Shown: one piece after another, positions 58,990 through 64,000 of the stretch | How the letters are laid out: every line of letters starts with the position of its first letter | Position numbering within the stretch: position 1 is the stretch's first letter | Origin: an uncultured Acidobacteriota bacterium | Lineage (GTDB): Bacteria; Acidobacteriota; UBA6911 | DNA length: 64,000 nucleotides | Assembly: GCA_963809485.1 (NCBI GenBank) | Contig: CAWEJX010000007.1 | Coordinates: 1-64,000, forward strand | Reading direction: 5' to 3' | Notes under the pieces: generated by a model | Seen by the model: the letters and a program-made list of their open reading frames with translations, nothing else | The model's database searches: none | What the model was told of the DNA's origin: nothing | Translations under genes and position numbers: made by a program

Positions 58990-59847
58990 TCAACACGAAA
59001 CCCGCCCTTCAAACAATGCGAGGAAGATAGCCGCGGCAGTCAGATCAGCGGCAGTCCCGGGATTCAGTTCGTGGGCCGGATCGCGCAGTCCCCGGTCCAT
59101 TTCCGCCAGTTCCGCCCGACCCCCGGGAGTGAAGACGCCGCCCCGCGCCAGAACTTCTCCGGCCCAGAGGGAAACCCGCCGCGCTTCCTCAATGCCCTTT
59201 TTGCGCGCGATGAGGGTATCCGGAACCCGGCTGAGAACGGTCAGGAAGGCTTGCACAACCGCAGCGGAAAAACCAGCTCCGCGGGATGAGGCTTCTTTCA
59301 GGGCCGGAAGGCCGATTTCAAATGTGATTGCATAGCCGGTGACATATTCCCGGGCTACCGCATCGCGCTCCCGGGCCAGAGACATGGCCTGCAACAAGGT
59401 AACCGACGGTTCTTCTGCGATGTCTGCTTGCGGGACATGGCCCAGACCCGCAGGCTGCGCAAGCCTGATGGCGGCGTATGCAAGCCGGGCATCTTCCACG
59501 GTAAGCGAATCCAGGACAGCGCCCAGGTTCTGCCGGAGATCCTGCACGCAGTCTGCCGATGCCATGCAGGCCTTGACGAGCGGAACCAGCAACAGGACCA
59601 TGCCCAGGTTCGTGTTGGATCGCACACTCCTGCGCGTATCTGCAACGGCCTGAAGGACTGTGTGCCCGACCCCCATCGGGCCCGCATTCTCGAGCGCCGG
59701 CCCGATGGCAATGGCGCTGACAAGAAAATCTTCCAGCGTCGTGTCCGGAAAATCATGCGAGCGGTTTACGTTGCCGGGCTTGGGCGCACAGGCCTCCAAA
59801 ATGCAGGCCATTTGCGCAAGCCGGGAGATCCGTTTCTCAGTATTCAT
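58990..59847 (-). CDS. CitG-like triphosphoribosyl-dephospho-CoA synthase family protein of H4MPT clusters (Orf7-like)
   Basis: ACILEACAPKPGNV, NTNLGMVLLL, PDTLIARK, NPGTAADL. Confidence 0.85.
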   Translation of the reverse strand: MNTEKRISRLAQMACILEACAPKPGNVNRSHDFPDTTLEDFLVSAIAIGPALENAGPMGVGHTVLQAVADTRRSVRSNTNLGMVLLLVPLVKACMASADCVQDLRQNLGAVLDSLTVEDARLAYAAIRLAQPAGLGHVPQADIAEEPSVTLLQAMSLARERDAVAREYVTGYAITFEIGLPALKEASSRGAGFSAAVVQAFLTVLSRVPDTLIARKKGIEEARRVSLWAGEVLARGGVFTPGGRAELAEMDRGLRDPAHELNPGTAADLTAAAIFLALFEGRVSC

Positions 59848-60245
59848 AATTACATTGGTAAACCCCCGGCTCTGCCATGGGACTCAAAGAGTTTGACAGC
59901 TCCGTATTTTGAAACGCTGAGAAACGCTGATAAAAGCGCTGACAAACGCCGATTTGTTCGGCGAGGGTCGGCGAGCAAAAGCCGATGAGGCGCTTCCGAT
60001 GGAGTTTTCTGCGGCGGCACTGTGGCAAACGCCCGGTTTCTCATCCCCTTCATCTCCTTGCCGCACGGCGCTTGCCACAGTGCCGCCGCAGAAAACTGTC
60101 CAGCGCGGAGCGCTGGCCCCTGCGGGGATCGGAAGCGCCTCATCGGCTTTTGCCCGCGTAAGTCAGCGTTCAAGACCGGCGTAACTAGTCCAACCGCTTT
60201 GAGCGGTTCAAATCTTGCCTACGGCTTTGCCGGAGGTACCTGACT
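59848..60245 (+). mobile_element. IS200-end PATE/MITE, copy E, long form
   Basis: Colinear with copy A except that the 43-bp core is inverted. Fills the whole gap between the RimK-like stop and the citG-like start. Confidence 0.82.
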
Positions 60246-61126
60246 CATGGGCAAGTGGTCCGGCGCAACACGAAATCGACGATCCGCCCGGCGATATCCT
60301 GGCCCGTGGTTTTTTGCAGCCCGCGCCAGCCGGGGATGCTGTTGATTTCCACGACGTAGGTCCGGCCGTCTTCAGCCCTCATCAGATCCACCCCGGCGTA
60401 ATCCAAATCAAGGCAGCGCGCCGCCTCAAGCGCCATCCCCTTCATCTCGGCGCCAAGCTCTAACGCTTCCACCTTTGCGCCCTGCGAGCAATTGGTCTTC
60501 CATCCTGTCCCGCGGCGGACCATGGCGGCCACGATCTCGCCTCCCACAATAAAAGCTCGCACATCCTCCTGGAAGTGCGGCAGGTACTCCTGGAGATAAT
60601 AGATGAACCGGTTCAGTTCCCACGCCCGCAGCACGCGATAGGCGGTCTCCTCGTCCGATATCCTCACCATTCCTTTTCCCTCGGATCCGAACAGAGGTTT
60701 CAGGATGACATCTCCCATTTCATGGAAAGCGGAAAGAGCCGATTCGAAATCCTCCGTCACGACAGTGCGCGGAGTCGGAATGCCCGCATCGGCCAGAAGG
60801 AAGGAGGTGTAGTATTTGTCCACCGTGCGTTCGATTGATGAAGCGGAATTAACCACCCGTACGCCGAGGTTTTCCAGACGATGCAACGCGTCCATGCGGA
60901 AGATGATCTGTTCGAGGGAGCCCGTCGGGATGGTGCGGACAAGAATAGTTCGGCAGTCCTCCAGGCATTCTCCGCGGGCACCGAGAGCCGGCCGCCCGCC
61001 GATGCGTCCGGCCAGCCGCGCGATCGGGAAAAAGGCCGCCTCGCACCCCCGGCTGCGAATGGCGCCCTCGAGAGCCTGCACGTGATAGCCCCGTTGGGAT
61101 GAAACAATTCCTATTTTAGCCGGCAT
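60245..61126 (-). CDS. RimK-family ATP-grasp glutamate ligase (Orf5/MptN-like)
   Basis: VRTIPTGSLEQIIFRMDAL, DKY, KPLFGSEGKG, DYAGVDL, EINSIPGW. Confidence 0.88.
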   Translation of the reverse strand: MPAKIGIVSSQRGYHVQALEGAIRSRGCEAAFFPIARLAGRIGGRPALGARGECLEDCRTILVRTIPTGSLEQIIFRMDALHRLENLGVRVVNSASSIERTVDKYYTSFLLADAGIPTPRTVVTEDFESALSAFHEMGDVILKPLFGSEGKGMVRISDEETAYRVLRAWELNRFIYYLQEYLPHFQEDVRAFIVGGEIVAAMVRRGTGWKTNCSQGAKVEALELGAEMKGMALEAARCLDLDYAGVDLMRAEDGRTYVVEINSIPGWRGLQKTTGQDIAGRIVDFVLRRTTCP

Positions 61127-61129
61127 GGC

Positions 61130-62092
61130 TCAACCTTCCACCAGGGAAGCCCTGAGCAAAGAAGGATTCATATGGCCGGCACGGAAAATGCGGCCGGATT
61201 TCAGGTTGTTGATCTCAACCCGGGCAGGGCTGAAAAGCATGGGGTCGATCTGAAAGAAATCTCCGTTATACCGCTTAAAGAGTTCATGGAAGGGCGTGCC
61301 ATAGTCCCGGGACCCTGTCGAAGGAACTCTATCGACCAAGGCTGCCAGCTCCTCATCATCGGCAAGAACAGTGAAATAGACCTGACTGCCATAGAGGATG
61401 GCGTCATTGGTCCGCCCGATGGCACGAAGGTCGTCTGAGGCTACCGGCGCCAAAGGGCACAGGCCGAATGCCGCTGTTACCTTCCGGACATCAAAACCCA
61501 GCTCCACAAGCTTGTGCAAACCCGTCTCCAAGGCTCGTGCAGCGATCTGTATGGAACCCACCAGGGAGGCCGTCGGAGCAATCAACAGGATTGTTTGCTC
61601 CGGCTTCACTCCGCACTTCTCCGCCACGAAGGCAGCCACATTCTCGCCCGGCAGCTCGCGCCCTTCCATTGTCAATACCGCCACCTCGGCCCGGTCCCGA
61701 TATCCCAGCTTCTGATAGATATCCTCGCCGGCGTAAAGCGCGCGCGCCGGGCCCGATCCGATGGCGAAGTAACCGCCTTGTTTGATGGCCCACCCTGCGT
61801 ACTGCGAAGCCATGCAGGCGATGTGTGGAAGACTTGCCGTAACCGCCACGGCCGGGAGACGGAAGCCGTCATCCCCGATTCCATAAGACTGCTGCGTGAA
61901 GGCAACCTGGCCCAACCCTCCCATGCTTACACGGGCGAACAGGCGACCGGCCTCCATACTGCCGGGCGCATCGATCCCGGCATCAAGCACCGTGGAACCG
62001 TTCTTCAGGCGCCTCGAGCTGAGGCCGAGCGCTTCGCAATCATCAAGCATTTGTTGTACAATCGCGGCGGCCCGCTTGTTAACGCTGATCAT
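61130..62092 (-). CDS. mch: Methenyl-H4MPT cyclohydrolase
   Basis: MISVN, ACMASQYAGW, GSGPARAL, PTASLVGSIQIAAR.LE.G.HK, GRTND, SRDYG.PF, IDPMLFSPA. Confidence 0.96.
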   Translation of the reverse strand: MISVNKRAAAIVQQMLDDCEALGLSSRRLKNGSTVLDAGIDAPGSMEAGRLFARVSMGGLGQVAFTQQSYGIGDDGFRLPAVAVTASLPHIACMASQYAGWAIKQGGYFAIGSGPARALYAGEDIYQKLGYRDRAEVAVLTMEGRELPGENVAAFVAEKCGVKPEQTILLIAPTASLVGSIQIAARALETGLHKLVELGFDVRKVTAAFGLCPLAPVASDDLRAIGRTNDAILYGSQVYFTVLADDEELAALVDRVPSTGSRDYGTPFHELFKRYNGDFFQIDPMLFSPARVEINNLKSGRIFRAGHMNPSLLRASLVEG

Positions 62093-62888
62093 GGATCAGG
62101 ATCTCCCCTTTGCCCAGCCGGTTAAAATCTCCGCTGTAACGATGGAAACAGGCGCTCATGAAATTCTCTGGGACTGCCAGCTCCTGGTCCTTCAGATCCC
62201 GGAAAATCATTTTTAGAAAATCCGGCTGATACCTGCAATCATAGCGGTAGCCGGGCAGCAGCTCCGCCGGCCGGAAAGTAACGATGGTGCCGCGCACCAG
62301 GCCCGCACCGGGGCGGAGCCCCAGCTTGCCGAAAACAATTATGGATCCCGCGATCATGGCCAGGCCGGTGAAATCCCCCGCGTTGCCCTTAATGACAATG
62401 AGGCCCCGGCGCATCATGGCGCCCGTTTCGTTGCCGGCGCTGCCTTCGACCAGGATCAAACCTCGCCTCATCCCCCGCCGGCTGCCTCGCAGGGCGCCGC
62501 CCAGGGCATGGCCGGCATCCCCATGTATATGGATCTTCCCGCCCGTCATCTCCGCGCCGGCGCAATCTCCTGCATTCCCGAATACGTGGATTTCGCCCCC
62601 ATGCATTTCTGCGCCCAGGTGCGTCCCCACATGGCCATTGACCACAACTTTTCCCTGCGTCATACGGGCAGCGATGTTTTTGACGCGGCTCAGGTCGCCA
62701 TTCAGGACGATTTCGAGCGACCCGTCACCTGCCACATCGAAAAAATCCCCAAGGCGGGCCGGTTCATTGCCGTGCGCCACCATCAGGCGGGCAATTTCAG
62801 CAGCCTGCCTGCCGTCGAGATTTTCCGGCCTTATCGCTTCAGCCTCCAGCAGCGCCCGGGGCTGCGACCTAAGCGTCAAAACAGTCAT
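62079..62888 (-). CDS. fhcC: Formylmethanofuran dehydrogenase / Fhc subunit C
   Basis: LGDFFDV, GXXMXXG beta-helix repeats, GMRRG, GDFNRLGKGEI. Confidence 0.93.
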   Translation of the reverse strand: MTVLTLRSQPRALLEAEAIRPENLDGRQAAEIARLMVAHGNEPARLGDFFDVAGDGSLEIVLNGDLSRVKNIAARMTQGKVVVNGHVGTHLGAEMHGGEIHVFGNAGDCAGAEMTGGKIHIHGDAGHALGGALRGSRRGMRRGLILVEGSAGNETGAMMRRGLIVIKGNAGDFTGLAMIAGSIIVFGKLGLRPGAGLVRGTIVTFRPAELLPGYRYDCRYQPDFLKMIFRDLKDQELAVPENFMSACFHRYSGDFNRLGKGEILIHDQR

Positions 62889-63784
62889 CGCGAAGTTCCC
62901 TTTTCCAGAACCTTGTGAAGATGGAATTTATATTTACCCAGATTCCCCCCATAGTTTCCCGCCGCGATCCGGAGGATGCCGTCAATGCAGGCTGCCTGGA
63001 TTCCCACGCGCGTCGCCTGCTCGATCGCCGGGACGTCCAAACCGTCTATCACTATCTCCATCACCGAATTCACCTCTTCCGGAAGAGCCGAAGAAACCAG
63101 GCTGCGCAGGCTGGGGCAATAGGCGTCATTGGTTGAGGCTTTCAGAAATTTATAGCGCGAGCCGACTTTGCTTCCGCTGCGCACAATTCCTCCCGGGAAA
63201 GGCAGTATGACCCCCGGGACACGCTGCATCGCCTCCGCCGCGAGTTCCGCTGCACGCAGAGTAGCGGGAAGATCGCTGCCCAGGATCAGGATATTGCCGC
63301 CGCCGATCGCGCGTTGAACTCCAAATTTTTCTTCAACCAGGAACTCCCCCTCCATAACCGGGATGCGCCAGTACCGGCGGCCGCCAATGACTTTGCTGAT
63401 CTGGAAACTGTCCCCGAAAAAGCGCAGTTGCCCCCCGACGGAGACTTGCTCTTCCGCCTTCAGCCCGTTGAAGCAGGCTGTGGTCGGACATGTCAACACG
63501 CACTGCCCGATGCGGCTGACAAGGTGGCTCGCCAGCGCTTCTTTGGAGGGCGCGAACAGCAAGGCACTCACGCCGGGCCTGCCGTCGGGCGTCTGCTCCA
63601 ACTCCGACTCGATGCCGGCTTCGCATCCACAGCCGATGACGGAGGTGGCAAAACCCGTCATCCGGACTGCGGCCTCGCGTGCCCATTTTCCATTTATGGC
63701 TGTGATCAGGATACGTGCGCCCCACATGCCGAAGGCTTCGGCGAACGTATCCTCGATTTCCACTCCGTTTATGTGCTTTCCCAT
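62885..63784 (-). CDS. ftr: Formylmethanofuran-H4MPT N-formyltransferase (Ftr/FhcD)
   Basis: INGVEIEDTFAEAF, TGFATSVIGC, TPDGRPG, PFPGGIVRSGSKVGS, AGNYGGNLG. Confidence 0.97.
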   Translation of the reverse strand: MGKHINGVEIEDTFAEAFGMWGARILITAINGKWAREAAVRMTGFATSVIGCGCEAGIESELEQTPDGRPGVSALLFAPSKEALASHLVSRIGQCVLTCPTTACFNGLKAEEQVSVGGQLRFFGDSFQISKVIGGRRYWRIPVMEGEFLVEEKFGVQRAIGGGNILILGSDLPATLRAAELAAEAMQRVPGVILPFPGGIVRSGSKVGSRYKFLKASTNDAYCPSLRSLVSSALPEEVNSVMEIVIDGLDVPAIEQATRVGIQAACIDGILRIAAGNYGGNLGKYKFHLHKVLEKGTSR

Positions 63785-63943
63785 ATCCTTCCATCCCGAC
63801 AACTAACGGCTAACGCAGAGGCGGCCGGAAGGCCGTCGCAGTTGAAACGCCGGAGGATTTTCCCGGGCGGCCTTCGTACCGCCCGTAAGATAACCGATCA
63901 CGAGCTTTGGGGCAGTTCCCGGAGGAAATCCGTCTACCCATTA

Positions 63944-64000
63944 TTATGCCGTCACCGGGACTTGCCGCGGCCTCGGCAGGTAGTGCTCCGTTTGCACCGG
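63944..64000 (-). CDS. fhcA: C-terminal end of probable FhcA/FwdA (cut by the window edge)
   Basis: Reads PVQTEHYLPRPRQVPVTA*, resembling FwdA termini. Expected A-D-C gene order. Only 18 codons are visible. Confidence 0.55.
   Translation of the reverse strand, partial: PVQTEHYLPRPRQVPVTA

Noticed and set aside
53791-64000. Methanogenesis or an archaeal origin of the contig
   Set aside because: No mcr or mtr genes are present. The TonB receptor, OmpA, PEP-CTERM and bacterial RBS patterns show a diderm bacterium.

Overview
64 kb of GC-rich bacterial chromosome, probably Acidobacteriota (inferred from the style of the TonB-dependent receptor, the OmpA protein and the Hanks kinases). There are three layers. 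(1) A nested mobile-DNA system: five copies of a non-autonomous IS200/IS605-end element (PATE/MITE) with modular palindromic interiors. Two copies carry a 43-bp core that sits in opposite orientations between perfect 26-bp inverted repeats. Two near-identical 2383-bp IS4-family elements, whose transposase has an N-terminal DUF4338-like domain, are each inserted at the same position of the element's terminal hairpin with a 9-bp TSD. A third IS (19-bp IR, 9-bp TSD) has two ORFs in frame and separated by one TAG. (2) A 6.5-20 kb array of Ser/Thr kinases, AAA+/DUF4143 ATPases and a nucleotidyltransferase, with four copies of one kinase 3' end. (3) At 53.8-64 kb, a tetrahydromethanopterin/methanofuran C1 cluster (mfnB/E/F/D-like, hisA-like, fae, citG-like, RimK-like, mch, fhcC, ftr, end of fhcA). 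The rest is transport, hydrolase and envelope genes plus several gene fragments. I saw no rRNA, tRNA or CRISPR array. About eight small frameshifts may be long-read errors. All family calls come from motif recognition by eye, not database searches.
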